Assembly: GCA_964016885.1 (NCBI GenBank)
Contig: OZ024740.1
Span: 417,260,001 to 417,324,000 of the forward strand
Origin: Eledone cirrhosa
Lineage: Eukaryota
Length of the DNA: 64,000 nt
Direction of reading: 5' to 3'
Shown: positions 27,001 through 41,176 of the stretch, one piece after another
How the letters are laid out: each line of letters begins with the position of its first letter
Numbering within the stretch: the first letter of the stretch is position 1
Notes under the pieces: model-generated
What the model saw: only the letters and a program-made list of their open reading frames with translations
What the model was told of the DNA's origin: nothing
Database searches by the model: none
Position numbers and translations under genes: made by a program

Positions 27001-30000
27001 GACAGTGGTCAGTTGTCGTCATTTGGAGGTGGTGACAGGGATGACAGTGGTCAGTTGTCGTCATTTGGAGGTGGTGACAGGGATGACAGTGGTCAGTTGT
27101 CATTTGGAGGTGGTGACAGGGATGACAGTGGTCAGTTGTCGTCATTTGGAGGTGGTGACAGGGATGACAGGGGTCAGTTGTCGTCATTTGGAGGTGGTGA
27201 CAGGGATGAGTGGACAGTTGAGGTCATTTGGAGGTGGTGACAGGGATGACAGTGGTCAGTTGTCATCATTTGGAGGTGGTGACAGGGATGACAGTGGTCA
27301 GTTGTCGTCATTTGGAGGTGGTGACAGGGATGACAGTGGTCAGTTGTCGTCATTTGGAGGTGGTGACAGGGATGACAGTGGTCAGTTGTCATTTGGAGGT
27401 GGTGACAGGGATGACAGTGGTCAGTTGTCGTCATTTGGAGGTGGTGACAGGGATGACAGTGGTCAGTTGTCGTCATTTGGAGGTGGTGACAGGGATGACA
27501 GGGGTCAGTTGTCGTCATTTGGAGGTGGTGACAGGGATGAGTGGTCAGTTGAGGTCATTTGGAGGTGGTGACAGGGATGACAGTGGTCAGTTGTCATCAT
27601 TTGGAGGTGGTGACAGGGATGACAGTGGTCAGTTGTCATTTGGAGGTGGTGACAGGGATGACAGTGGTCAGTTGTCATCATTTGGAGGTGGTGACAGGGA
27701 TGACAGTGGTCAGTTGTCGTCATTTGGAGGTGGTGACAGGGATGAGTGGTCAGTTGTCATCATTTGGAGGTGGTGACAGGGATGACAGTGGTCAGTTGTC
27801 GTCATTTGGAGGTGGTGACAGGGATGACAGTGGTCAGTTGTCGTCATTTGGAGGTGGTGACAGGGATGACAGTGGTCAGTTGAGGTCGTTTGGAGGTGGT
27901 GACGGATGAGTGGTCAGTTGTCGTCATTTGGAGGTGGTGACAGGGATGACAGTGGTCAGTTGTCATTTGGAGGTGGTGACAGGGATGACAGTGGTCAGTT
28001 GTCATTTGGAGGTGGTGACAGGGATGACAGTGGTCAGTTGAGGTCATTTGGAGGTGGTGACAGGGATGACAGTGGTCAGTTGTCGTCATTTGGAGGTGAT
28101 GACAGGGATGAGTGGTCAGTTGAGGTCATTTGGAGGTGGTGACGGATGACAGTGGTCAGTTGAGGTCATTTGGAGGTGGTGACGGATGACAGTGGTCAGT
28201 TGTCGTCATTTGGAGGTGGTGACAGGGATGACAGTGGTCAGTTGAGGTCATTTGGAGGTGGTGACAGGGATGACAGTGGTCAGTTGTCGTCATTTGGAGG
28301 TGGTGACAGGGATAAGTGGTCAGTTGAGGTCATTTGGAGGTGGTGACGGATGACAGTGGTCAGTTGAGGTCATTTGGAGGTGGTGACGGATGACAGTGGT
28401 CAGTTGTCATTTGGAGGTGGTGACAGGGATGACAGTGGTCAGTTGAGGTCATTTGGAGGTGGTGACAGGGATGACAGTGGTCAGTTGAGGTCATTTGGAG
28501 GTGGTGACGGATGACAGTGGTCGGGTTGTCGTCATTTGGAGGTGGTGACAGGGATGACAGTGGTCAGTTGTCGTCATTTGGAGGTGGTGACAGGGATGAC
28601 AGTGGTCAGTTGTCGTCATTTGGAGGTGGTGACAGGGATGACAGTGGTCAGTTGTCATTTGGAGGTGGTGACAGGGATGACAGTGGTCAGTTGTCGTCAT
28701 TTGGAGGTGGTGACAGGGATGACAGTGGTCAGTTGTCGTCATTTGGAGGTGGTGACAGGGATGACAGTCGTCAGTTGTCATTTGGAGGTGGTGACAGGGA
28801 TGACAGTGGTCAGTTGAGGTCATTTGGAGGTGGTGACAGGGATGACAGTGGTCAGTTGAGGTCATTTGGAGGTGGTGACAGGGATGACAGTGGTCAGTTG
28901 TCGTCATTTGGAGGTGGTGACAGGGATGACAGTGGTCAGTTGTCGTCATTTGGAGGTGGTGACAGGGATGACAGTGGTCAGTTGTCATTTGGAGGTGGTG
29001 ACAGGGATGACAGTGGTCAGTTGTCGTCATTTGGAGGTGGTGACAGGGATGACAGTGGTCAGTTGTCATTTGGAGGTGGTGACAGGAATGACAGTGGTCA
29101 GTTGTCATTTGGAGGTGGTGACAGTGATGACAGTGGTCAGTTGTCATTTGGAGGTGGTGACAGGGATGACAGTGGTCAGTTGTCGTCATTTGGAGGTGGT
29201 GACAGGGATGACAGTGGTCAGTTGTCGTCATTTGGAGGTGGTGACAGGGATGACAGTGGTCAGTTGAGGTCATTTGGAGGTGGTGACAGGGATGGCAGTG
29301 GTCAGTTGTCGTCATCTGGAGGTGGTGACAGGGATGACAGTGGTCAGTTGTCATTTGGAGGTGGTGACAGGGATGACAGTGGTCAGTTGTCGTCATTTGG
29401 AGGTGGTGACAGGGATGACAGTGGTCAGTTGTCATTTGGAGGTGGTGACAGGGAACACAGTGGTCAGTTGTCGTCATTTGGAGGTGGTGACAGGGATGAC
29501 AGTGGTCAGTTGTCATTTGGAGGTGGTGACAGGGATGACAGTGGTCAGTTGTCATTTGGAGGTGGTGACAGGGATGACAGTGGTCAGTTGTCGTCATTTG
29601 GAGGTGGTGACAGGGATGACAGGGGTCAGTTGTCGTCATTTGGAGGTGGTGACAGGGATGAGTGGTCAGTTGAGGTCATTTGGAGGTGGTGACAGGGATG
29701 ACAGTGGTCAGTTGTCATCATTTGGAGGTGGTGACAGGGATGACAGTGGTCAGTTGTCGTCATTTGGAGGTGGTGACAGGGATGACAGTGGTCAGTTGTC
29801 GTCATTTGGAGGTGGTGACAGGGATGACAGTGGTCAGTTGTCATTTGGAGGTGGTGACAGGGATGACAGTGGTCAGTTGTCGTCATTTGGAGGTGGTGAC
29901 AGGGGTCAGTTGTCGTCATTTGGAGGTGGTGACAGGGATGAGTGGTCAGTTGAGGTCATTTGGAGGTGGTGACAGGGATGACAGTGGTCAGTTGTCATCA

Positions 30001-33000
30001 TTTGGAGGTGGTGACAGGGATGACAGTGGTCAGTTGTCGTCATTTGGAGGTGGTGACAGGGATGACAGTGGTCAGTTGTCGTCATTTGGAGGTGGTGACA
30101 GGGATGACAGTGGTCAGTTGAGGTCATTTGGAGGTGGTGACGGATGAGTGGTCAGTTGTCGTCATTTGGAGGTGGTGACAGGGATGACAGTGGTCAGTTG
30201 AGGCCATTTGGAGGTGGTGACAGGGATGACAGTGGTCAGTTGTCGTCATTTGGAGGTGGTGACAGGGATGAGTGGTCAGTTGAGGTCATTTGGAGGTGGT
30301 GACGGATGACAGTGGTCAGTTGAGGTCATTTGGAGGTGGTGACGGATGACAGTGGTCAGTTGTCGTCATTTGGAGGTGGTGACAGGGATGACAGTGGTCA
30401 GTTGTCGTCATTTGGAGGTGGTGACAGGGATGACAGTGGTCAGTTGTCATTTGGAGGTGGTGACAGGGATGACAGTGGTCAGTTGTCGTCATTTGGAGGT
30501 GGTGACAGGGATGACAGTGGTCAGTTGTCGTCATTTGGAGGTGGTGACAGGGATGACAGTGGTCAGTTGTCATTTGGAGGTGGTGACAGGGATGACAGTG
30601 GTCAGTTGTCATTTGGAGGTGGTGACAGGGATGACAGTGGTCAGTTGTCGTCATTTGGAGGTGGTGACAGGGATGACAGTGGTCAGTTGTCGTCATTTGG
30701 AGGTGGTGACAGGGATGACAGTGGTCAGTTGTCGTCATTTGGAGGTGGTGACAGGGATGACAGTGGTCAGTTGTCGTCATTTGGAGGTGGTGACAGGGAT
30801 GACAGTGGTCAGTTGTCATTTGGAGGTGGTGACAGGGATGACAGTGGTCAGTTGTCGTCATTTGGAGGTGGTGACAGGGATGACAGTGGTCAATTGTCAT
30901 TTGGAGGTGGTGACAGGGATGAGAGTGGTCAGTTGTCATTTGGAGGTGGTGACAGGGATGACAGTGGTCAGTTGTCGTCATTTGGAGGTGGTGACAAGGA
31001 TGACAGTGGTCAGTTGTCATTTGGAGGTGGTGACAGGGATGAGTGGTCAGTTGAGGTCATTTGGAGGTGGTGATAGGGATGACAGTGGTCAATTGTCATC
31101 ATTTGGAGGTGGTGACAGGGATGACAGTGGTCAGTTGTCGTCATTTGGAGGTGGTGACAGGGATGACAGTGGTCAGTTGTCGTCATTTGGAGGTGGTGAC
31201 AGGGATGACAGTGGTCAGTTGTCGTCATTTGGAGGTGGTGACAGGGATGACCGTGGTCAGTTGTCATCATTTGGAGGTGGTGACAGGGATGACAGTGGTC
31301 AGTTGTCATTTGGAGGTGGTGACAGGGATGACAGTGGTCAGTTGTCGTCATTTGGAGGTGGTGACAGGGATGACAGGGGTCAGTTGTCGTCATTTGGAGG
31401 TGGTGACAGGGATGAGTGGTCAGTTGAGGTCATTTGGAGGTGGTGATAGGGATGACAGTGGTCAATTGTCATCATTTGGAGGTGGTGACAGGGATGAGTG
31501 GTCAGTTGAGGTCATTTGGAGGTGGTGACAGGGATGACAGTGGTCAGTTGTCATTATTTGGAGGTGGTGACAGGGATGACAGTGGTCAGTTGTCGTCATT
31601 TGGAGGTGGTGACAGGGATGACCGTGGTCAGTTGTCATCATTTGGAGGTGGTGACAGGGATGACAGTGGTCAGTTGTCGTCATTTGGAGGTGGTGACAGG
31701 GATGACAGTGGTCAGTTGTCGTCATTTGGAGGTGGTGACAGGGATGACAGTGGTCAGTTGTCGTCATTTGGAGGTGGTGACAGGGATGACAGTGGTCAGT
31801 TGAGGTCATTTGGAGGTGGTGACGGATGAGTGGTCAGTTGTCGTCATTTGGAGGTGGTGACAGGGATGACAGTGGTCAGTTGTCATTTGGAGGTGGTGAC
31901 AGGGATGACAGTGGTCAGTTGAGGTCATTTGGAGGTGGTGACAGGGATGACAGTGGTCAGTTGTCGTCATTTGGAGGTGGTGACAGGGATGAGTGGTCAG
32001 TTGAGGTCATTTGGAGGTGGTGACGGATGACAGTGGTCAGTTGAGGTCATTTGGAGGTGGTGACGGATGACAGTGGTCAGTTGTCGTCATTTGGAGGTGG
32101 TGACAGGGATGACAGTGGTCAGTTGAGGTCATTTGGAGGTGGTGACAGGGATGACAGTGGTCAGTTGTCGTCATTTGGAGGTGGTGACAGGGATGAGTGG
32201 TCAGTTGAGGTCATTTGGAGGTGGTGACGGATGACAGTGGTCAGTTGAGGTCATTTGGAGGTGGTGACGGATGACAGTGGTCAGTTGTCATTTGGAGGTG
32301 GTGACAGGGATGACAGTGGTCAGTTGAGGTCATTTGGAGGTGGTGACGGATGACAGTGGTCAGTTGTCGTCATTTGGAGGTGGTGACAGGGATGACAGTG
32401 GTCAGTTGTCGTCATTTGGAGGTGGTGACAGGGATGACAGTGGTCAGTTGTCGTCATTTGGAGGTGGTGACAGGGATGACAGTGGTCAGTTGAGGTCATT
32501 TGGAGGTGGTGACGGATGAGTGGTCAGTTGTCGTCATTTGGAGGTGGTGACAGGGATGACAGTGGTCAGTTGTCATTTGGAGGTGGTGACAGGGATGACA
32601 GTGGTCAGTTGTCATTTGGAGGTGGTGACAGGGATGACAGTGGTCAGTTGAGGTCATTTGGAGGTGGTGACAGGGATGACAGTGGTCAGTTGTCGTCATT
32701 TGGAGGTGGTGACAGGGATGAGTGGTCAGTTGAGGTCATTTGGAGGTGGTGACGGATGACAGTGGTCAGTTGAGGTCATTTGGAGGTGGTGACGGATGAC
32801 AGTGGTCAGTTGAGGTCATTTGGAGGTGGTGACGGATGACAGTGGTCAGTTGTCGTCATTTGGAGGTGGTGACAGGGATGACAGTGGTCAGTTGAGGTCA
32901 TTTGGAGGTGGTGACAGGGATGACAGTGGTCAGTTGTCGTCATTTGGAGGTGGTGACAGGGATGAGTGGTCAGTTGAGGTCATTTGGAGGTGGTGACGGA

Positions 33001-33458
33001 TGACAGTGGTCAGTTGAGGTCATTTGGAGGTGGTGACGGATGACAGTGGTCAGTTGTCATTTGGAGGTGGTGACAGTGGTCAGTTGAGGTCATTTGGAGG
33101 TGGTGACAGGGATGACAGTGGTCAGTTGGAGGTGGTGACGGATGACAGTGGTCAGTTGAGGTCATTTGGAGGTGGTGACAGTGGTCAGTTGTGGTGATTT
33201 GGAGGTGGTGACTGGTGACAGTGGTCAGTTGTGGTGATTTGGAGGTGGTGACTGGTGACAGTGGTCAGTTGTGGTCATTTGGAGGTGGTGATAGTGGTCA
33301 GTTGTGGTGATTTGGAGGTGGTGATAGTGGTCAGTTGTGGTGATTTGGAGGTGGTGACTGGTGACAGTGGTCAGTTGTGGTCATTTGGAGGTGGTGATAG
33401 GGATGACAGTGGTCAGTTGTGGTGATTTGGAGGTGGTGATAGGGATGACAGTGGTCAG
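21057..33458. repeat. Minisatellite array B, 42/39-bp unit, ~300 copies
   Basis: Consensus GTGGTCAGTTGTCGTCATTTGGAGGTGGTGACAGGGATGACA; 39-bp variant lacks GTC; 40-bp variants (gatgagtgg, gacggatg) break the frames; degenerates at 33060-33458. Confidence 0.98.
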
Positions 33459-33547
33459 AAACTGTGAGGAGAACTGGACAGTAGGTCTTCAGAGAAGAAA
33501 CCTCCACCTCAAGTGACAACAGCAGTAACCAAAAATATTTGAGTCAG

Positions 33548-33805
33548 TTATGTGACTTGTGTGTATGTGTGTGTGTGTGTGTATAGATGTGTGTGTATGC
33601 ATGTGTATGTGTGTGTGTAGATGTGTATGTATGCATGTGTGCATGTATGTGTGTGGGTGTGTAGATGTGTATGCATGCATGTGGGTGTGTGTGTGTAGAT
33701 GTGTATGTATGCATGTGTGTATGTATGTGTATGTGTGTACACGTGTGTGCATGCATGTATGTGTGTGCATGTGTATGTCTGTATGTGTGTGTATGTGTAT
33801 GATGA
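33548..33805. repeat. Degenerate (TG)n/(TGTA)n microsatellite
   Basis: Direct reading. Confidence 0.95.
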
Positions 33806-34456
33806 CACACAGTGAGTTTACCATATTAACCAAATCTGCAAAGGAGGAATCTGAGTACGACTCACTCCATAGTTTGAGTGCTTACTTGTGGCAGGGAGTA
33901 CACCATTAACATCCCACAGAGTACATTACACACTCCAGTTATTAATGTCAACATTTACCCAAGAACCAATAAACAATGATATTCTTCTAGTTAATAAGAC
34001 TAAATAAACATCAGTTCCAGTACCTCTCTCTGTGTATATACATATATATAAGTAAGTATGTTTTGAAACAGTGAGCAGGTTTGAAATTAGAAAATAGAAT
34101 AGTTTTCAATTTATTTTTTTACTAAAGAAATTTTAAATGGAAAAAGATGAGTATTGACATACATGGGAGTCGAACTCACATCTTTAGTTATCACTCATCT
34201 TTTTCCATTTACCTGAGGGTTCTAAACCCCATTATCAGACTAAAATTTCTTTAGTAAAAAAAATACGGTGAAAGCTATATATATGTATATATAAATATAT
34301 CATCATCATCATCGTTTTACGTCCGTTCTTCCACGCTAGCATGGGTTAGACGGGTTGTCCTGTAGTGGGCAGTTTCCAGACGGCTGACCTTGTCTTGCCC
34401 ATACCGGAACTGATTCTGGGTTATATATATATATGGAGGCACATATATATATATAT

Positions 34457-34788
34457 GGAGGCACATGGCTTAGTGGTTAGAGCATTGGCCTTGCAATCGA
34501 AAGGTTGTGAGTTCAATTCTCAGACCGGGTGATGTGTTGTTTCCTTGAGCAAGACACTTTATTTCACATTGCTCCAGTTTACTCAGCTGTAGAAATGAGA
34601 TGATAGGGACTGGGGTTCCTATCATTCCACTGCAAAGTGGTCGTGGAGGTGCCACGTCAAAAAAGCACCCAGCACTCACTGTAAATGAGGTTGATGTTAG
34701 GAAGGGCATCCAGCTGTAGAAATCATGCCAGAATCAGTTCCCGTCCCACCCTTGCAAGCAGGGAAAAGTGGACGTAAAATGAAATGAA
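34457..34788 (+). mobile_element. tRNA-derived SINE head joined to an RTE-type 3' tail
   Basis: A-box-like TGGCTTAGTGG, B-box-like GTTCAATTC, CORE-like tccttgagcaagacacttt, then aggaagggcatccagctgtagaaa and gtggacgtaaaatga tail shared with 46840-47120 and 61182-61535. Confidence 0.8.
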
Positions 34789-34789
34789 T

Positions 34790-36174
<1,385 letters not shown>

Positions 36175-36192
36175 CTGATTGATAAATAATTG

Positions 36193-36374
36193 TTTCTACT
36201 TTAGGCACAAGGCCAGCAATTACCCAGTGCATTACTGATACTTTATTTTATCGACCCCGTAAGGATGAAAGGCAAAGTCAACCTCGGCGGGATTTGAACT
36301 CAGATCGTAAATGGACGTAACTATGCTGGAAAGCATGGCGTCCGACCCTCTACCGATACTGCCAATCCACCGCC
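36193..36374 (-). mobile_element. tRNA-derived SINE with a Meta-domain-like central region
   Basis: Minus strand reads ggcggtggattggcagtatcggtag (A box) .. gagttcaaatccc (B box) .. gactttgcctttcatccttacggggtcgataaaataaagta .. gcctaaagtagaaa. The domain name is from recall, not a search. Confidence 0.8.
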
Positions 36375-36529
36375 AATCCATTATATTTATATCTTTAACA
36401 AAATGGTCTCATAACTAATAAACAAACAAAACTGGTGTTTTTTCTGTATCTTCCCAATTTAAAACATTTAAACTGATTGATAAATAATGGAATTCTTTAA
36501 GATAAAATATTATAACTGATTGATAAATA

Positions 36530-38885
36530 ATGGAATTCTTTAAGATCTCTTCATCTCTAAAAGATATACCTTTACCTAAGAATAAGGACTATCTTAAACA
36601 ACTCATTGAGAAATCTGACTCCTTTATACGAAGACTTAAATGGCATGCCTTCCATTTCGATAGAAAATCAGATGAAAAAAACAAATAAATCCAGTTACAA
36701 CTTCGATATGATCTTCAAATCCAAGAAAATTCCACCTAACAACTATTAATGGAATTTGAAAATGAAATAATATCAATTATACAAAACATCAAATTCAGGA
36801 AAAACCAATTTGCAGGCCAGGAATACCTTGAAGGTCTTAAGAATAATATAGAAAATCTTGAAAAAACTGAGAAAATCCTCGTAAAATCTGACAAAACTAA
36901 CAATCTATACGGAATGCAAAAAGACGAATACAATAACCTTATATTGAAAGAACTAAGGAAAACCTACAAAATAACAACCAATGAAGACCTGGAAATGGTA
37001 AATAGAGAAGCTTCTGAAATAATTCATAAATTAGGCATCGAAAATAGGACCGAACCCTTTATACCAAGAAAACCAAAAATTAACCTGAAAGACCACAAAA
37101 GAAACTTTGAAATAGAACTACCAGTTAGACTTATAGCACCATCTAAATCTCTTAGGCATAGTTAGTAAACATATATTAGATAGAATCATACCGCAACTTA
37201 AAGAAATATCTTATCTAAAACTATGGAACGGTACTAACGAAGTTATAGATTGGTTCAATAACATAAAATTTAAAAAATAACAAAAAATTAATTCAATTGG
37301 ATATTGCAAGTTACTACTCCTCTATCACTCCTAATTTACTTAATAAAGCCCTTATCTATGCATCTAAACATACAGATTTATCTAGTGAAGAAATGCATAT
37401 CATTTTAACCGCACGTAAAACTTTAATTGAATTCAACAGCCATCTTTGGACTAGAGCTGATAGAGAAACTAATTTCGAGATCACCATGGGGGTCATCAGA
37501 CTCGGTGCAAATAACGGATCTTGTGGGGCTATTTATTAATAATACACTACATAGAAAAATACCGGAGATGACCGGTGGTTTATATCGTGATGATATGCTG
37601 CTTTTAATAGAAAATCATAATAATTGTGAAATTAATAGAAAAAGAAAATCAATACAATTTTTCAATAGCTACAATCTTAAGTTAGAAATAGAGAATAACT
37701 ATAAAATTAACTTTTTAGATGTAACATTAAACCTTAACACAGGGCTCTACTATCCATTCCATAAAATTAATGAGAATTTAAACTATGTAAGCTTCAACTC
37801 TAATCATCCTAGATCTATTAAGAACACTATTGTAAATTCTATACAACAACGTATTTCTCGAATCTCCGCTAATAAAAACATTTTTGACGATAAGGCAGAA
37901 TATTATAATGAAGCTTTAAACAGAGCAGGCTATATAAATAAGATTAAATACATCGACAACAGTGATAAGGCAAATAACCCTACTATTAATTATAATTACA
38001 ATAAAAAACCTAACTTAAACTCTAAAACTAACAGAAGAAATAGAACTAGAAATATAATTTGGTATTCACCTCCTTTCTCATTAAGCGTTAAAACACCTTT
38101 AGCTAAGCTATTCTTTAAAGCTCTAGATAAATGTTTTCCTAAAGCCCATAGATACCACTCAATCTTTAACAGACATACAATAAAACTATCTTACTCTACT
38201 ACTATGAACTTAACACAAAATATAAATAGAATCAATAATAGAAATTTAAACCATAACCAAAATAGCAGTAATATCTCTAGCAATATCCAACTTAATAATA
38301 CTGTTCCGAATAACATGAACTCCGCTAAATGTAATGGTAGAATTAAATCAAACTGTCCTTTAAAAAATAAGTGCTTAGATAAGGATGTGGTCTATAAATG
38401 CACAGTCAAAACCAATGATAATATATTTAACTATGTAGGCTCTACTTCTACAGACTTTAAAACTCGTTTTAATAATCACAAATGTTCGTTTAATAATATT
38501 GGTAAAAAATCTTCAACTTCTCTATCAAACCTGATATGGAACTTAAAATCCAAAAATATGGACTCCTATACGAGCGAGACACGGTCACCCAACCAACCTT
38601 GCCTCAAGTGGCACAACTCCCGTCTAACCCATGCTAGCGTGGAAGATGGACGTTAACCGATGATGTTGATGATGATGATGATGATGATGGACTATTCTTT
38701 AACTTGGGAAATAATTTCAAAAGCACCTGCCTACCGAAACAGCTTTAGCTAGATTTTGCAAATTGTGTGTTGAGGAAATTTGCTTCATACTTAAATGTAA
38801 GAACTCTATTAACATACGTATGAATTTATTTAGTTCTTGTAAACATCGCCTAAATTCAACGTTTAAAACTATATATAAATTATAA
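36530..38885 (+). pseudogene. Penelope-like reverse transcriptase + GIY-YIG endonuclease, disrupted by frameshifts and an insertion
   Basis: N-terminus MEFFKISSSLKDIPLP..FIRRLKWHAF; VKSDKTNNLY; LKDHK..PVRLI; motif A LDIASYYSSI; motif B FEITMG/SSDS; catalytic GLYRDD; INFLDVTL; SNHP; RNIIWYSPPFS; CPL..CL; GIY-YIG VVYKC..YVGST..FKTRFNNHK; after the insertion DYSLTWEII..CKLCVEE..CKHR, stop at 38883-38885. Confidence 0.95.
38565..38686 (+). mobile_element. 5'-truncated RTE-type retroposon tail inserted in the PLE endonuclease
   Basis: aacccatgctagcgtggaagatggacgttaa plus (GAT)n tail; 7-bp TSD ATGGACT at 38558-38564 and 38687-38693. Confidence 0.9.
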
Positions 38886-38891
38886 TTACAC

Positions 38892-40228
38892 TTATAATAT
38901 TTCTACTTATTTCCATATATTGTTTGCTATAATTTCACTTATTAAATTTTCTTAACTTATATACATATATGATCCTAAATTTTAAAATTTTTATATTTAA
39001 TTTTAACTTTAAATTTAATATTTTTTAAGGTTTTTTAATTCTTTATTTTTTATTTTTTACTTCTTAAATCTTTATTTTTCATTTTTCATTTTTATTCTTT
39101 ATTTTTTTACTTCTAAAATATTTCATATATTTTAAAAATTACTTATTTTTTAGAAATTACTTATTTTTAAAAAAATTATTTTTTTTTTTTTTGAAATCTA
39201 CTTATCTCTTATAAAATAATTTTTAATAAGTTTTAAAATATTTTTAAAAAGTTTTTTTTTTATTTTTTAAAGATTTTTTAAAGTATTTAAAAATTTATTT
39301 ATTTTTTTTTTATATTTTCTGAAATTTAAAAAAAAAATTTCCAGAATTCTTTAATATTTTTTAATATCTTTTATTAGATTTATAACCAATAATATATTTA
39401 TATCTTTAACAAAATGGTCTCATAATAACTAATAAACAAACAAAACTGGTGTTTTTTTCCATATCTTCCCAATTTAAAACATTTAAAATATATAAATATT
39501 CTTAACTCAGTTAACTTATTTACTTACACTAAATATAAACCAATATCCCTCATAACTCATTAAAACAATTATCTATAACAAGATATACCCATCTATCCAT
39601 TCATGTATCTATTTTTCTATCTATTGATTCTTCTATTTATCTATTTTCTATCTATTTATTTTTCAATATATTTTTCTATCTAATTTTCTATATATATTTA
39701 TTTTTCTATATATATCTATTTTTTCTATCTACTTATAATAATAAATATTATATTATATTAGAAAAGAATTCTAATAACAAAATAATAGTAAATATACGTA
39801 CCATTAGTAGATATAAACTTAAAACTTATTTACGTTACATGAGTTCTATTCATCCTCTTGTAAATTTCTTTTCTCTATCTATCTCGTAATATTAATATTT
39901 TTTCTCTCTCTCTTTCTTCCCTATCTTTCCCCAGCATCATTTAAATAAACGGTTGTTTTTTCAATTATTTACATATTCATTTGCATATTTACACATTCAT
40001 TTGCATATTCACACATAACTTTGAATAATCCCTAATGTTTCCACTATCCAGTGAATTTCCGACTGATAAGGTATGATTTTCATGGGTACGTCTTTATTTA
40101 TGAAACAAACTTTGTATTTTATCTGATGAAAGCGCACCAAGGTTTGCTTGGTTGCCCTTGAAATATATATAATAAAATAAATATGGTTTTATAAATAAAG
40201 TTTCCATTTATTTAATATCATGGAATAT
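38892..40228 (+). repeat. Right arm: PLE 3' UTR/pLTR
   Basis: Starts 7 bp after the ORF stop; reverse complement of the left arm; contains the hammerhead motif. Confidence 0.93.
40115..40179 (+). ncRNA. Type I hammerhead ribozyme (PLE-associated)
   Basis: Stem I TATTTTAT/ATAAAATA; CTGATGA 40123-40129; stem II aag-c-gca-ccaag..cttgg-t-tgc-c-ctt; GAAA 40160-40163; short palindromic stem III ATATATAT; predicted cleavage after A40171. Confidence 0.88.
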
Positions 40229-40381
40229 TTACTCCAGTAAACTGTTGAGTGCTCTAAATCAGTTATAAACATTTGTTTGTCGGAATTCCAACAAATTAAA
40301 TACAACTTCTACTTATATATATATATATATATTTTTTTTAACCCAGAAACAAGGATTTTTACATTGGCATTTAGACAACAT

Positions 40382-40597
40382 ATGTGTGTGTGTCGGAGTG
40401 TGTCTGAGTGTGTGTGTGTTTGTGTATGCGAGTGCACATTTGTGTGTGTGGTGTGTGTGTTTGTGTGTACAAGTGTGTATGCGTGTGCATGTACATTTGT
40501 GTGTATACATGTTTGTGCATTTGCATGCATGTGTGCATGTTTGTGTGTGTGTATATGTGTATGAATATGTGTATATGTGTGAATATGTATGCATGTA
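40382..40597. repeat. Degenerate (TG)n microsatellite
   Basis: Direct reading. Confidence 0.92.
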
Positions 40598-40974
40598 TTG
40601 TTGTTGGACCCAAGTTATTCCCAATAAAGAATATCCATCAATAACATTCCAGACATGACCATCCTGCCTTTTATTCAGACAAGTATCTCTTGAATTACAT
40701 TATCTAGACATTTGCCTGTTACTTACAGCAGGTCAAGTTGCCAAGTATTGAGTATTTCATTGATTTCCTGTTTGTCCCAGGTTATCTTTGAGCAAATTTA
40801 TTATGAAAGTCATTTCAGCTGACCGCGGTCAATGTAGTAGTATAAGACTATGTAGAACCTAGGTACATAGGACTCCTCTTCTAAGACAATAGAATGTTGT
40901 TTATGTGAACAAAGACTGCTATTTCTAGTAAGTTAAGTGACCCTGTGCGGGCTCCCTCATGGGTAATGTACTAC

Positions 40975-41176
40975 ATCATCATCATCACCACTGCCGCCAC
41001 CACCACCACCACCACTGCCGCTGCTGCCACCACCACCACCACCACTGCCGGCCGCTGCTGCCACCACCACCATCACCATCACCATCACCACTGCCGCTGC
41101 CGCCACCACCGCCACGACCACTGCCACCGACACCACCGCCACCACCACTACCGCCACCACCACCATCATCATCATC
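40975..41176. repeat. (CAC/CAT/CGC)n trinucleotide repeat
   Basis: Direct reading. Confidence 0.92.

Noticed and set aside
21012-32752. Gly-rich or His/Cys-rich repeat proteins
   Set aside because: Three frames are open at once and frames swap at 2-bp indels, which is satellite behaviour.
1-33458. CRISPR array
   Set aside because: Head-to-tail repeats with no unique spacers, no cas genes, eukaryotic context.
33470-33500. Minus-strand CTGAAGA with tactgtcc resembling the 42731 hammerhead
   Set aside because: No GAAA and no stem II pairing.
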